A DNA stretch of 64,000 nt, from positions 1 through 64,000 of IMG/VR virus record IMGVR_UViG_3300045988_115355. One strand, written 5' to 3'. The notes under the pieces are model-generated. The model had not been told where the DNA came from. It saw only the letters and a list, made by a program, of their open reading frames with translations, and made no database searches. The stretch comes from a virus. This document shows positions 47,284 through 57,807 of the stretch, in pieces (the stretch's first letter is position 1; each line of letters starts with the position of its first letter). A program made the position numbers and the translations under genes.

Positions 47284-50200
47284 TTAGATATTATAATTTA
47301 CTCCTATATCATGCAAAGTAAACTTACCCATATTCATGTTATTCATTTGAGAGGAAGAAAGGGTTATCTCTGCCCATGTTCCATTCATTCTATTTAAATG
47401 ATAATTGAGTAGTTTACCATTATTCTTCCTACTGTCTCTTGGCAGGATAACATTCCATACATTAAACTTCTTTTGAAGATTTGAAGGATGATTCCTTACC
47501 CATTTAAGTACTGCTGAAGAATGTTGTCTTTCAGTAGTTATCTCTACACTGTCAAATGTCTTCTTATCATAATCTTCCACATTCTCTTTATTCATATCAT
47601 TAGTCTTATCTGCATAATAACTTCTAATATCTAAAGTGTTGAATACCTTGTTATAGATAGAGTTATCATTTGAAATAAAAGAGATACTGAAAGGTCTGAT
47701 AACATCATAGATATTATTATATTCGCCTTTGAAGCATTCATACATATCAGTACCATAAATAGCAAAAGTACTGTCTAAGATATTTCCTAAGAAAGAAGTA
47801 GTGCCATAGGAGAATCTTGAAGTAAACCGCTCTAATATTTCAGAGTAGCACAGTGCTTCTTTATTTCCTACAATATAAATATCACTATATACCTCATCAT
47901 AGTATAAAGCCACATCATAGGTATCTTCAAAGATATAATTAAAAAAATTGTAATTACTCAAATTGAAATTATTCATATCTTTAAAATAGGAAGACATTCC
48001 TTTAGCTATGGAGATATTCTCCATACCATTACCTAATCTATATAAATATCTGCTGTTACTATCTAAGAAGTACAGACCTTTAGGAGTAGAACAAATACTG
48101 TATTTATTAATACATCCTATGGTATTTGAGATATATCTTAAACCTTGCATCTTAAGACCATTGGTAATCTCAATAGGCTGCCCATCAGATGTAGGAATCT
48201 GCACTCTTGAATTAAATAATAGCTGTGCTATTCCATTATCTTGAAAAGCATATAACTCACTATTAAAGGTTCTGATAGCAGTATTTTCTCCTTTATTCCC
48301 TTCTAAGTCTATGGTATTGGTCAAATCAATAGAACACCATTTATCTATCTCTTCTCCTAATACTTTCTCTAAAGACCATGTAATCATATTAGGGAAATAA
48401 GGGGTACTGTATTTATCAGTATCTAAGTAAGCGTAGGTAAAATAGTTATTACTCTGATTATATCCTAAAAGATTAAACTGATTAAAGTTCTGTGCATTGA
48501 TAAAAGTATTATCTTTTAAGAACCTGTTTCTATCTACTCTCTCATCCAAATGTACCCTTGATTCTACTTCTGTTGATAATATCTCAATGATAGAATTAGG
48601 GTCTTCATTGGTGAAAGGTTTAGTCTTTAAACAGTCATATCTCTCTAAATAAGTATCACCTTCTTTAAACACAATCTCTACGCTTGGAGCATCCAAGTCT
48701 ACAGCATCCCCACATCTATGCCATATATTATTTGCAATAGCTTCCTTACTGTTTCCCCCAAACCTTGCATCTAACTCTTCTTTGGTAAATACTCTATAGA
48801 GTTCCCCAATGTATAGTCCTGCATATTTAATATCATTCCCTACACCTACATAAGTCTTCTTAGTGTTTTCATCTTCCCAAAAGTTGCTATGTTTATCTTC
48901 CCATACCATATCTTCGGTAGCTGTTCTAAGATAAAAGCTGTATTTACCGTTATCTTTGAATTTCAATACAAGATGTGGAGTACTCTTATATTTCATAGAG
49001 ATAGGGTCTCTTGACCATACACCTGAATCAACATTAAAAATTTCTGTTCTTGTGAATTCTCCAAAGGAATGGTTATTACCATTCTTTAATTGCAGTTGGT
49101 TATTCTCCCACCAAGTCATGGAGTTACTATCAATGAAGATACCATGATTGAGTATCTCATTAAAAGTATATTGATGGTTATTCAATATCCAATAATCTGC
49201 TGCTGATAAAGCTGTAGCAAAGGGGTCTACTGTAGGAGCACCATTATCAGGAACTTTAAACCATTCAAACTTAATAGGATAACCCTGTGCTTTATTAGAA
49301 CCATGACAGGTTAAATCTCTCTTTTCTGTTGATAATGTCTTATAAGACTTAGTAACAAACTCATAAGATGATAAGTCTATATTGTTATAGGTAAGCACCT
49401 TATCTATGTTACCATAATAAAGAAGAGTTTTATTAATACCTCCTGAAGTATTAATTTTAATAAGCTCTACTTGGTCAGAATTAAATAACTGTGGGGTCTC
49501 AATAGCTACATTCATAGCACTCTTAGTGTTAATAGTAGCTGCTGGCTCTACAGATGAATATTCATTATAGTTATCGTCTATTCTTTGTATCTCATCAAAA
49601 TACTCTGTACAACCATAATAGATATTAGCCCATTTCTTATATTGTAATTCAGCAGTCCTTCTCCAAGCATTCTTCAGCTGTCCTGAAGTTAAACTATCTT
49701 GATTATTTAAAGACCCATTTCTATGCCAAGGGTATACTTTCCAACCATATAAAATACTCTGTCCTTTAAAAGGAGTAAGGTTTTCAGAATCATACACATC
49801 TACTTGACTATCAACATAATAACCACCTGCATATCTTGTAAAGTCTACATCCTTTAAAAACTGTGCATCCTTATTAAGACCTACACTCTTAGTAGTGCAG
49901 TAGATATTTGTAGAGTAATTTAATTCTTTCTGCAACTTCTTATCAGCATTATCCCCTGTCATTCTAATAGGTAATGGATTACTGATATTAGTAGCTCCTA
50001 TAATTCTCAAAGAACAATTCTCAAAATCTGATTCTTTTAACTCTTCTCCTACTTCTATTTCGGGAGAATTAAAAGTAAGGATATTACAATCTAAATAAAA
50101 GTACTCTTTAAAATACTCTGCAAACTTACTATTCTCTAACTTCTTTACAGTACCATTATCTTTATATTCTATATAAGGAAAAATAAGATAAGGCTCAAAG

Positions 50201-52308
50201 TTATTCTGTATTTCATCATTCCCTCCAAATAAACCTACAGGTGCTGTCAGTGACATATTATGTCTCTCTACACTATTCACACTATGATAGCCATTATGAG
50301 CATTGATATAATTCTCATTTGTAAATCTGAAATACCACGAAGCCTGTGCATAAGGAGAGTTAGTCATCCTGTCCTTTACATTATACACAGTAGGAGATAA
50401 TAACCCTTGACAGATAACTTTTCTATCAGACATTAAAGGATATACTGCTACGGGGGCCACCCTTCTAAACCCTGCGGTCTTAAGAGCCACTATAGTATCA
50501 GTATCTAACTTATATTTCCATGTGCCTGTACTATAAGTGACAGAGTAATCTGCTGTATTTTCAGCATGTAATACAGGTACTTGTGTTTGGTCATAATCTC
50601 CTAAATAAAGAACATCAGACCAAGAACCATCTTTATATTGAGCTATATAGCCTAATCTGTAATTCTCTCCAAACTTAAATCTCTTAACAGCATAACTACT
50701 TCTGTTGTTGTCAACATCATAATTACCAAATAGTCTATCAGAAGGATTATAGGATGTTTTATCTAAAACACCTTCATAACCTATAACAGCAGGTAAAACT
50801 TCATTCTTATTGGTATTAAGTTGTAAGGTTGTATAATCCTGCAAGGGAACCTTATTAACAGGTATAGTCCCTATCAACTTCTTAACTTGTTTTATGTTCC
50901 CTAAGAATAAAGTATTATCTTTTTGTGCTATATGCTTAGCTATAAAATTCTCTCCCCCTATAAAGAGTAAAGCAGTAGCATCAATAGTATGTCCATAAGT
51001 ACCTGTGTCTACAATAGTGATACTACCTTTTGTAGTAGTCTTGATATAAGGGGCACTATACTCTGCTTGTACATAAGTAGCTTTCTTTACAGTACTTCCT
51101 GAAGGAGCATAAACTGTAAGATTTAATCCTTGGCTATCAGGATAATAAATAGTATTTGAAGAAGTATCATATAACACATACCTGTCTCCTAAATCAGTTC
51201 TATTAAAATAGAAATCTGTTTCAAGATAAGAACCTCCTAAGATAGATGTAGAAGATTCCTGTGGATTATAATGATTGAAATCATCTATATTTCCTGTAAG
51301 AAGGTCTAACATCTTGATATTATCAAGGTTAGTATCTAATATAGTTTTTCTTTTATTAGTGTTATGAGGGTCTTTGGGAAGTAGATGCTTAGCACTTAAC
51401 TGATGGGTAGTACTTACTTTAGGGATATTATAATCCCCTACTACCCTACACTGTAGAGTAGCATTCTCTGAACTTCTTACAATAGCATATAATCTCACAT
51501 AATCAAAGGTAGTATCTAATCCTTTTAAGTTAATATGGAAAGAACAGTTGCTGACAGTATCTGCCTTTAAACCTCTATTCTTAGGAGAGAGATAATATAA
51601 AGGAGACTGTTCTACTATCTTTGATTCCTGATGGAACTTATTAAAATAGGAAAAAGCATATTGCACAGTACCTGCTGAAAAAGAACCTCCTGTGTTATTT
51701 TTAATAACTTCCATGGTATGCTTAAGAGCTACTTCAGGAGCAAAATCTATATGAGTGGTAGCACTGTCATACTCTTTATTCACAGCAATATTTAACATTC
51801 TTGTCTGATGAATACCATCTACCCAATAGACTTTTTGTAGGTTATCTTTCTCATATACCCCTATAGCTTCTATAGGATGTAAATAATTAAACCCTAAGTT
51901 ACCTCTATACAGAACCATTCTTTTTATGGTAGTAACATCATTATCCTTTGTAAAAGTATAACGCATAATCATACTATCATAAGTAGAAGTAATCATGTTT
52001 TGTTTACAATCTAAAAAGAGTATAAGATGGTTATTTAAGACAGTATATCCTACTATTACAAAAGGAATAGTGGTCTTATCAAGATACCCAAACTCTTCTT
52101 CTGTACAAGTATTTTTAAAATTAATATCTTCCCAACTTGGAGTTAACTTTAATGTACCTTTCTCATTGTGAATAATATAACCATGATTACTATCATCCCT
52201 TGTGGTAATTCTTATATTTAAAGCATCTACAGCTGAATCTGTCTTAATCTTAGATTCAGCACTATCCCTGTCTAAACCTAAGATAACATGTAAATCTTTC
52301 TTATTCAT
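47284..52308 (-). CDS. Giant virion protein (1674 aa), probably tail/fibre/muzzle-type. Function unknown.
   Basis: 5 kb ORF rich in Tyr/Asn/Gly/Thr, typical of tail adhesin-like proteins. No catalytic motif seen. Confidence 0.75.
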   Translation of the reverse strand: MNKKDLHVILGLDRDSAESKIKTDSAVDALNIRITTRDDSNHGYIIHNEKGTLKLTPSWEDINFKNTCTEEEFGYLDKTTIPFVIVGYTVLNNHLILFLDCKQNMITSTYDSMIMRYTFTKDNDVTTIKRMVLYRGNLGFNYLHPIEAIGVYEKDNLQKVYWVDGIHQTRMLNIAVNKEYDSATTHIDFAPEVALKHTMEVIKNNTGGSFSAGTVQYAFSYFNKFHQESKIVEQSPLYYLSPKNRGLKADTVSNCSFHINLKGLDTTFDYVRLYAIVRSSENATLQCRVVGDYNIPKVSTTHQLSAKHLLPKDPHNTNKRKTILDTNLDNIKMLDLLTGNIDDFNHYNPQESSTSILGGSYLETDFYFNRTDLGDRYVLYDTSSNTIYYPDSQGLNLTVYAPSGSTVKKATYVQAEYSAPYIKTTTKGSITIVDTGTYGHTIDATALLFIGGENFIAKHIAQKDNTLFLGNIKQVKKLIGTIPVNKVPLQDYTTLQLNTNKNEVLPAVIGYEGVLDKTSYNPSDRLFGNYDVDNNRSSYAVKRFKFGENYRLGYIAQYKDGSWSDVLYLGDYDQTQVPVLHAENTADYSVTYSTGTWKYKLDTDTIVALKTAGFRRVAPVAVYPLMSDRKVICQGLLSPTVYNVKDRMTNSPYAQASWYFRFTNENYINAHNGYHSVNSVERHNMSLTAPVGLFGGNDEIQNNFEPYLIFPYIEYKDNGTVKKLENSKFAEYFKEYFYLDCNILTFNSPEIEVGEELKESDFENCSLRIIGATNISNPLPIRMTGDNADKKLQKELNYSTNIYCTTKSVGLNKDAQFLKDVDFTRYAGGYYVDSQVDVYDSENLTPFKGQSILYGWKVYPWHRNGSLNNQDSLTSGQLKNAWRRTAELQYKKWANIYYGCTEYFDEIQRIDDNYNEYSSVEPAATINTKSAMNVAIETPQLFNSDQVELIKINTSGGINKTLLYYGNIDKVLTYNNIDLSSYEFVTKSYKTLSTEKRDLTCHGSNKAQGYPIKFEWFKVPDNGAPTVDPFATALSAADYWILNNHQYTFNEILNHGIFIDSNSMTWWENNQLQLKNGNNHSFGEFTRTEIFNVDSGVWSRDPISMKYKSTPHLVLKFKDNGKYSFYLRTATEDMVWEDKHSNFWEDENTKKTYVGVGNDIKYAGLYIGELYRVFTKEELDARFGGNSKEAIANNIWHRCGDAVDLDAPSVEIVFKEGDTYLERYDCLKTKPFTNEDPNSIIEILSTEVESRVHLDERVDRNRFLKDNTFINAQNFNQFNLLGYNQSNNYFTYAYLDTDKYSTPYFPNMITWSLEKVLGEEIDKWCSIDLTNTIDLEGNKGENTAIRTFNSELYAFQDNGIAQLLFNSRVQIPTSDGQPIEITNGLKMQGLRYISNTIGCINKYSICSTPKGLYFLDSNSRYLYRLGNGMENISIAKGMSSYFKDMNNFNLSNYNFFNYIFEDTYDVALYYDEVYSDIYIVGNKEALCYSEILERFTSRFSYGTTSFLGNILDSTFAIYGTDMYECFKGEYNNIYDVIRPFSISFISNDNSIYNKVFNTLDIRSYYADKTNDMNKENVEDYDKKTFDSVEITTERQHSSAVLKWVRNHPSNLQKKFNVWNVILPRDSRKNNGKLLNYHLNRMNGTWAEITLSSSQMNNMNMGKFTLHDIGVNYNI

Positions 52309-53000
52309 CCTTGATGTTGTTTAATATATTCAGTATCTCCTAATGTCTTAAACCCTCTACTAAACTCTGTGTTATTAGGTAATAACCTATGTAACATACT
52401 TGTGATACTTTGCATTTCGCTTAAAGAAAGCATCTTATACCTGTTACTTACTTGACCAGCAGCAAAATAATATTGCTGTTGTATGTTCTGTAAGATAGCC
52501 ATAGATGCTAACTTACCACATTCAAAGAGTGTAGTAAAGCATTGTAATCTAATATACAACTCTAAAGCTCTCATAAAGACAGTATCATCAGGAATTAAAG
52601 GTAGTCCTTCTTCATCTGTCTTCATAGTTTTATAAGCTATCTCAATCTTACCTTCCTTAAAGGAAGTATAGATGATATCCCCTTGTATCTTAAAAGATAA
52701 CTCACTTTCTATATGATTCTGTTTTTCATTGAAAGTATCTGTCATTGCTCTTAGGAACCTCTTACTGCAATACTCTCTTACCTGAATAACCTGTATAACC
52801 TTACAAGGTAGTTTGCCTCTATAATCTTTAATATCGATAGTATCATTTCTATCTTCATAGATAACAGGTAAACCCATAATTCTAATAAAGTCTACAGCAT
52901 ATTGTATAGCTGCTTCTAAATTAAAATCCTGAAGCATAGGATGCCTTAGCACCCTACTTATCACCTCTCTTATATTAGTATATTCGAGCTTGTCTATCAT
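52305..53000 (-). CDS. Hypothetical structural-module protein (231 aa)
   Basis: ORF. 4-nt overlap with the downstream giant gene. Confidence 0.55.
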   Translation of the reverse strand: MIDKLEYTNIREVISRVLRHPMLQDFNLEAAIQYAVDFIRIMGLPVIYEDRNDTIDIKDYRGKLPCKVIQVIQVREYCSKRFLRAMTDTFNEKQNHIESELSFKIQGDIIYTSFKEGKIEIAYKTMKTDEEGLPLIPDDTVFMRALELYIRLQCFTTLFECGKLASMAILQNIQQQYYFAAGQVSNRYKMLSLSEMQSITSMLHRLLPNNTEFSRGFKTLGDTEYIKQHQG

Positions 53001-53553
53001 AACTATGTTTATTTAAAGGATATTCCATTCCATTCTTAATAGCCGCACTTAAAGCATATTTAAAAGAAGTAGCAGCATGAAACATTGCAAAGAGTTTAAA
53101 CTTTAGATTAGCACGATGAGCTTTACATAAATAAATAGTATGTGTACAGTTGGTATCAAAATACACAAATACTCTATTCTTTCTTGCTTCCTCATCTTTA
53201 AACCAAAGTTCAGTAGTTGCTCCCCAATTAATTATCTTTCTATTAATCAGTCTACCATTCTTTATTTCAGGAGTAAGGTCTACTTTGATAATTCTTACAT
53301 TACCCATTCCATAAGGTAATTTAAGAACACCACCTTGAATGATATACTCTCTTTGCAACATTAACATCCTATTCATGATAACCCTGAATTTCTCTCTATT
53401 CATATTATATTCAGGCTTATTATCAGGAATCAGCGTCTTATAATGTCTGTGATAATCTTTATACCTATAACAGTTATGGGCTTTATTTTTAGGCCTACAC
53501 CCTTTTCTTGTAGACCTAAACTGACGTAAAGCCTCTTTATCTATCTCTTCCAT
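52975..53553 (-). CDS. Hypothetical structural-module protein (192 aa), basic N-terminus
   Basis: ORF only. Confidence 0.55.
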   Translation of the reverse strand: MEEIDKEALRQFRSTRKGCRPKNKAHNCYRYKDYHRHYKTLIPDNKPEYNMNREKFRVIMNRMLMLQREYIIQGGVLKLPYGMGNVRIIKVDLTPEIKNGRLINRKIINWGATTELWFKDEEARKNRVFVYFDTNCTHTIYLCKAHRANLKFKLFAMFHAATSFKYALSAAIKNGMEYPLNKHSYDRQARIY

Positions 53554-53554
53554 A

Positions 53555-54283
53555 CTATCCTTCTATCTGCTGTTGTAAGCTGTTCTTCATATTCCTTCTA
53601 ATGAAAGTCATCATATCTGACATATCATCTGAAGCATTATTCTCACTATCTTCAGGTTTATAAATAGCAGCAGTGAGTTCTCTTACCACTAACTGAATTA
53701 AGTTATTCACCTGATTATCTTCTAAGGGATATTCCCTCTCTAAGATATCACAGTCTTCTCCATTACATCTATTGGCTAAATCTGAAGCCTTATCAGCATC
53801 TTCAAATATAGCAGTAATGCTTGCACTCTCTAACATAGAGAATTGAGGATTTCCTGATGTAAAATACAAATGGCCATCAGGATGTAAACTGCAATAAATG
53901 ATATTCTTTAACCATTTATTATACCCTACATATTTCATTCTATTCCTACTGATATAAGCTATCCTATCATCATTGTAAAAGTCTATAGGATATATCATAG
54001 GCTCTCCAAACCCTTTAATAATAGGAGGAATTTCCTCTTTACTTTTAAGGAGAGTTTTATCCTCACAAGGTACATTGTTATTCACGGGTTCTAAAGTGAG
54101 ACAGATGGTCTGATAATTAGCTTCTGATATAGGTTTAGGAGCCTTTGTATCATATTCCATCTTTAATATCTTAGCCCTATATTTATTACATAGAAATCTG
54201 ATGTGATCTAAAGTAAAATAAGCATCATCACTTATATTCTTTAGCTCATCATTAATCATGTATAATAATTCTTTGTATTTCAT
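53555..54283 (-). CDS. Hypothetical structural-module protein (~242 aa from ATG 54283; track TTG start at 54313)
   Basis: ORF. ATG 'MKYKELLYMINDELK'. Confidence 0.55.
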   Translation of the reverse strand: MKYKELLYMINDELKNISDDAYFTLDHIRFLCNKYRAKILKMEYDTKAPKPISEANYQTICLTLEPVNNNVPCEDKTLLKSKEEIPPIIKGFGEPMIYPIDFYNDDRIAYISRNRMKYVGYNKWLKNIIYCSLHPDGHLYFTSGNPQFSMLESASITAIFEDADKASDLANRCNGEDCDILEREYPLEDNQVNNLIQLVVRELTAAIYKPEDSENNASDDMSDMMTFIRRNMKNSLQQQIEG

Positions 54284-54301
54284 TACAGTAATATTAATAA
54301 A

Positions 54302-54346
54302 TAACCTTTGCAAATATACTTAAAACAAATATATAAGCAAAGGTTA
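54302..54346 (-). promoter_or_regulatory. Inverted repeat (10-bp arms 'taacctttgc'/'gcaaaggtta', 25-nt AT loop) enclosing two minus-strand TAnnTTTG motifs. Candidate promoter/operator just upstream of ATG 54283.
   Basis: Arms at 54302-54311 and 54337-54346. The minus-strand loop reads 'ttatatatttgttttaagtatatttg'. Confidence 0.35.
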
Positions 54347-54364
54347 TGATAGATTTAATAGAAC

Positions 54365-54688
54365 TTATGTATGAAGATAACTCCTAAACTCTCTTTTATT
54401 CTCTCCTACAGGATATACATTATACTTATAAGTATAGGAAGGATTATGCTTTACAGGGTTATTTAACATACAATCCTGTGAAGTCATACAAGCAAATACT
54501 CTTCTAAAGGTACTTTCCTCTTCAGGAGAGAGAAAAGCCTCATAATCTTCATAAAACCTATAGGTAAGCAAAAGTCTAAGTAGGTTAATATAGCCTACTC
54601 TTCTCTTATATCCATAATACTTCAAGGTCTGGTAATAAGAAGACAGACCTTGTGTAATTAATAATTTAATATTATCCATGACAACCAC
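54365..54688 (-). CDS. Hypothetical protein (107 aa)
   Basis: ORF only. Confidence 0.45.
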   Translation of the reverse strand: MVVMDNIKLLITQGLSSYYQTLKYYGYKRRVGYINLLRLLLTYRFYEDYEAFLSPEEESTFRRVFACMTSQDCMLNNPVKHNPSYTYKYNVYPVGENKREFRSYLHT

Positions 54689-55235
54689 ATCCTTTAATCT
54701 TACTACTTTCAGGGGCTATACCTTTGAGTTTTTTCCATAGCTCTATAGCCAGCATATAGTTCCCTGTATCTAAAGCTAACTTAAAAGCATTATATAGTAA
54801 TAACCAATTCTCATAACCCATAGGTACTTCACAATCTAAAGATAAATCTTTGATATAACCCATACCTAACTTAAAAGGTATCTCTTCATCATAGAGTACA
54901 CATAAGGCTGTCATCACATCTTCCCCACAAGGAGTATTAGGAGAAGGGGTTCCTTTGAGAGTTACCCATACAAAGAGTAAATCATCTTTATGTAATTTTT
55001 CTTTATAGTCTTTCAGGCTAAAAGAGACACTTGCTACCTTTAAAGTAAAAGCATCAAAGTCTGCTACCTTGACAGCAGTAGACGATGGTCCAGCCTCTAT
55101 AAAGGTATCTTGATTATCTATCTTAAAATCTTTAATAGTGATGTTTGAGAGGTAAGGCTTATTTTTGACTTTCACATCAATAATAGCTTTCTCACCTCCC
55201 CAAGTCATCCTACATTCAAGGAAATCTACCATCAT
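54672..55235 (-). CDS. Hypothetical structural-module protein (187 aa), ends 'KGCGCHG'
   Basis: ORF only. Confidence 0.5.
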   Translation of the reverse strand: MMVDFLECRMTWGGEKAIIDVKVKNKPYLSNITIKDFKIDNQDTFIEAGPSSTAVKVADFDAFTLKVASVSFSLKDYKEKLHKDDLLFVWVTLKGTPSPNTPCGEDVMTALCVLYDEEIPFKLGMGYIKDLSLDCEVPMGYENWLLLYNAFKLALDTGNYMLAIELWKKLKGIAPESSKIKGCGCHG

Positions 55236-55264
55236 AATAATAACAATTTAATGTTTAAACAATA

Positions 55265-55288
55265 AAGGAGGGTCATGAAACCCTCCTT
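55265..55288 (-). terminator. Hairpin terminator (minus strand) after the 299-aa gene
   Basis: Stem 'aaggaggg' (55265-55272), 8-nt loop, stem 'ccctcctt' (55281-55288). Minus-strand downstream T-rich 'ttattgtttaaac'. Confidence 0.45.
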
Positions 55289-55323
55289 ATATGAAACTAA
55301 AACACAATACTTTTATACTAACA

Positions 55324-56223
55324 TTAATCCAAATGAGCAGGACTACCAGCAGCAGCACCTGTCATAGCATTAATACTCGCAATAAATGCAGTAGTCTTAG
55401 CAGTAGGAACAGCTATCTGAATATCCTTTTCAGACTTACCTGAATCCATGCACTCACCCTCATCAAAATAGTGAATGGTAACTACATCATAGGTAGCATT
55501 GAGGTCTGTCAAGTATTGAGTGTCAAAGTTATTAGGATAACCCATATCTCTATACTCATCACCTCTTGTACCCATGCAGAAATATTCAAGGTCTGCAATC
55601 TTCTTGGCAGCATCATTGGCAGCAGTTGAAGCCCCCTTAGTGATAGTTGCCCATGCGGTGGTCTCTACACCATTTGAAAGGATAGGTGCTACACTAACCA
55701 TAACAGGCATAACAGCTACAGGGAATTTACCTCTTTGCCAAGGTTGCTCAACCTCTGCAATATTAATAGTATCTGTAGTAACAGTTACCTTGATAATGTT
55801 CTCTCTCTTGGTGTTAAGCTCTAAAGACTTACCTAACTTATCTGCAATGATAGCAGCAGTATCACCTGTAACAGCAGTATAAGCTCCTAATCTTACAGCG
55901 GTATCACCTGCACCACCTCCAATATAGTTTTGAAGATGTACCTTGATAATATAAGTCTGACCAACAGCTACTGTGACAATCTTAGCATTAACAGAATTCA
56001 GTTTAGTATTAAGATTAGCAGCTACAGTCTTCTTAGCATAGAGGATATTAGCAGGATTAATCTTATCACTTGCTACTACACCACCATGCCCTTTCTGCTT
56101 AAAGTAGAGGGACTTGCCAGCAACACCACATACTGTAAGCTCTCCTAAAGTTGCAGGAGCGGCATTATCTGCACCCACAGCATTAGCTACATAAAAGTTT
56201 CTAACTTGATGAATTGAAAACAT
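55324..56223 (-). CDS. Ala/Gly/Thr/Val-rich structural protein (299 aa), probably abundant (head decoration or fibre-like)
   Basis: Composition and a dedicated downstream terminator. No specific motif. Confidence 0.5.
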   Translation of the reverse strand: MFSIHQVRNFYVANAVGADNAAPATLGELTVCGVAGKSLYFKQKGHGGVVASDKINPANILYAKKTVAANLNTKLNSVNAKIVTVAVGQTYIIKVHLQNYIGGGAGDTAVRLGAYTAVTGDTAAIIADKLGKSLELNTKRENIIKVTVTTDTINIAEVEQPWQRGKFPVAVMPVMVSVAPILSNGVETTAWATITKGASTAANDAAKKIADLEYFCMGTRGDEYRDMGYPNNFDTQYLTDLNATYDVVTIHYFDEGECMDSGKSEKDIQIAVPTAKTTAFIASINAMTGAAAGSPAHLD

Positions 56224-56248
56224 ACTTGTATAATTTATAAATTAAACA

Positions 56249-56959
56249 TTAGGAAGCATTTGCAACTACTCCTATCATTCTACTCTTAATAGCTGCACTG
56301 ACAGCCATCTTTAAGATAGTATCATGGACGGAAGTATGCAGTTTGCAGTCCATTATATTAGAGTAGCCTTCAATAGTCAAATCTTCTAAAGGAGTTAATA
56401 TGATAGGTGTAGGTTTCATTATATATCTAATGATATACTCTGAAATTGGGTAGGTAGAAATTAACTCTGAAAAAGATTCTCCTAAATCAAGCCTTAATAC
56501 TCTCGTTTTACTTGCACCCTTGAAAGGGTTCTTAATCACTATATTGATATCATCATGTCTTACAGGTGTGACATCCATTACTTTCCCACTAAGACATTTA
56601 TCTTCCATATCTCCTAATACAGCTTGTTCAGCTATAATATACCAACAGTCATCAGGTCTCTTGAAGACAGTGCTCTTCTTAAAAGCATTAGCCTGTATAG
56701 CAGGCTCTGCCTTTACACCATTCCCTTGTTTAATTAAGGTAATCAAAGATTCCCTTAAGTACTCATTACCTTCAAAAGGCTCTCGGTGAATACTTTCACC
56801 ACTATAATAATCCCTTACTAAGTCATTTTGAGCTTCTGTAAGGAACACAGATTTCTCATATTCAGAGAACTTTAAATCCTGAATAGAAGAGGATAAAGCA
56901 GTCTTATCATAACTGTTTACTAAAGTATCAAAAGCTGTGCTAAACTCTAAGTAATTCAT
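56249..56959 (-). CDS. Structural protein (236 aa), tandem paralog of 56959..57798
   Basis: N-terminus 'EFSTAFDTLVNSYDKTALSSSIQDLKFSEYEKSVFLTEAQNDLVRDYY' vs 'EFYQEFNVLYNNINSNVVTGLSSYEISVFLTKGQEQLVKEYF'. Confidence 0.55.
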   Translation of the reverse strand: MNYLEFSTAFDTLVNSYDKTALSSSIQDLKFSEYEKSVFLTEAQNDLVRDYYSGESIHREPFEGNEYLRESLITLIKQGNGVKAEPAIQANAFKKSTVFKRPDDCWYIIAEQAVLGDMEDKCLSGKVMDVTPVRHDDINIVIKNPFKGASKTRVLRLDLGESFSELISTYPISEYIIRYIMKPTPIILTPLEDLTIEGYSNIMDCKLHTSVHDTILKMAVSAAIKSRMIGVVANAS

Positions 56960-57798
56960 TATTCACTCCTTTCTCCTAACTGTGTTATAATCTGTGTATT
57001 ATCAGCAGGGTAAGAACCCTTTGCTATTTCCACAGCTCTTTGTACTATCTCTCTATGTATTTCTTCATTTAACTCACAAGGAGAAGTACCATTGTAAATA
57101 GGCTCATTGCCTACCTTACCATCAATAGTCAAACCTTGATATTCTCCTACTAAAGGCTCTACAATAATAGGTCTCGGTTTTCTGATATATTTTAACTTGT
57201 AAGTGTAAACAGGTCCTGTTAAATAGGAGATGTTAGATTTAAGAACCACCCCATAAGTAGTGTTGAAAGAAGCATCTTTCAACCTGTAAAAGATATTGGG
57301 AATAACATAAGCAGCATTTCTTTGGTTATTCTGTAACAGTCTCCACGCCTGCTTTCTTAAGGGCTCTCCAAAAGGTTTAGACATCAATCTGTTATAGTCA
57401 CTATTGGTAATAGGTAAAATAACAGCTTCTTTTGTGAGTGTCTTATTGGTATTACCTTCCTTATAGGTATATACTATCTTTAACTTCTCATTAATAATGA
57501 AAAGTAAGTCTTGTGGTAATACAAAAGCAATAGCTCTACTGTCTATAGTTTGAGGAAAAGCTGATGCAGGTGCTTCTATATAGGAAGTAAGATTAACAAA
57601 ATCTATCTGTCTCTTAGCACTGTCATCATAACCTTGTTTATACTTATTCCCAAGAGGATTGAAGTACTCCTTAACTAATTGCTCTTGGCCTTTAGTAAGG
57701 AATACTGATATTTCATAAGAAGACAGCCCTGTAACAACATTACTATTGATGTTGTTATATAGAACATTAAACTCCTGATAAAATTCCTCTTTGGTCAT
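56959..57798 (-). CDS. Structural protein (279 aa), tandem paralog of 56249..56959
   Basis: Shared N-terminal pattern, see the paralog entry. Confidence 0.55.
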   Translation of the reverse strand: MTKEEFYQEFNVLYNNINSNVVTGLSSYEISVFLTKGQEQLVKEYFNPLGNKYKQGYDDSAKRQIDFVNLTSYIEAPASAFPQTIDSRAIAFVLPQDLLFIINEKLKIVYTYKEGNTNKTLTKEAVILPITNSDYNRLMSKPFGEPLRKQAWRLLQNNQRNAAYVIPNIFYRLKDASFNTTYGVVLKSNISYLTGPVYTYKLKYIRKPRPIIVEPLVGEYQGLTIDGKVGNEPIYNGTSPCELNEEIHREIVQRAVEIAKGSYPADNTQIITQLGERSE

Positions 57799-57807
57799 AA
57801 TATATTA

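Noticed and set aside
55265-55360. The plus-strand 'aaggagggtcATG' looks like a strong Shine-Dalgarno + start of a plus-strand gene
   Set aside because: The downstream frame is only ~28 codons and lies antisense within the minus-strand late operon. The sequence is better explained as one arm of the minus-strand terminator hairpin.
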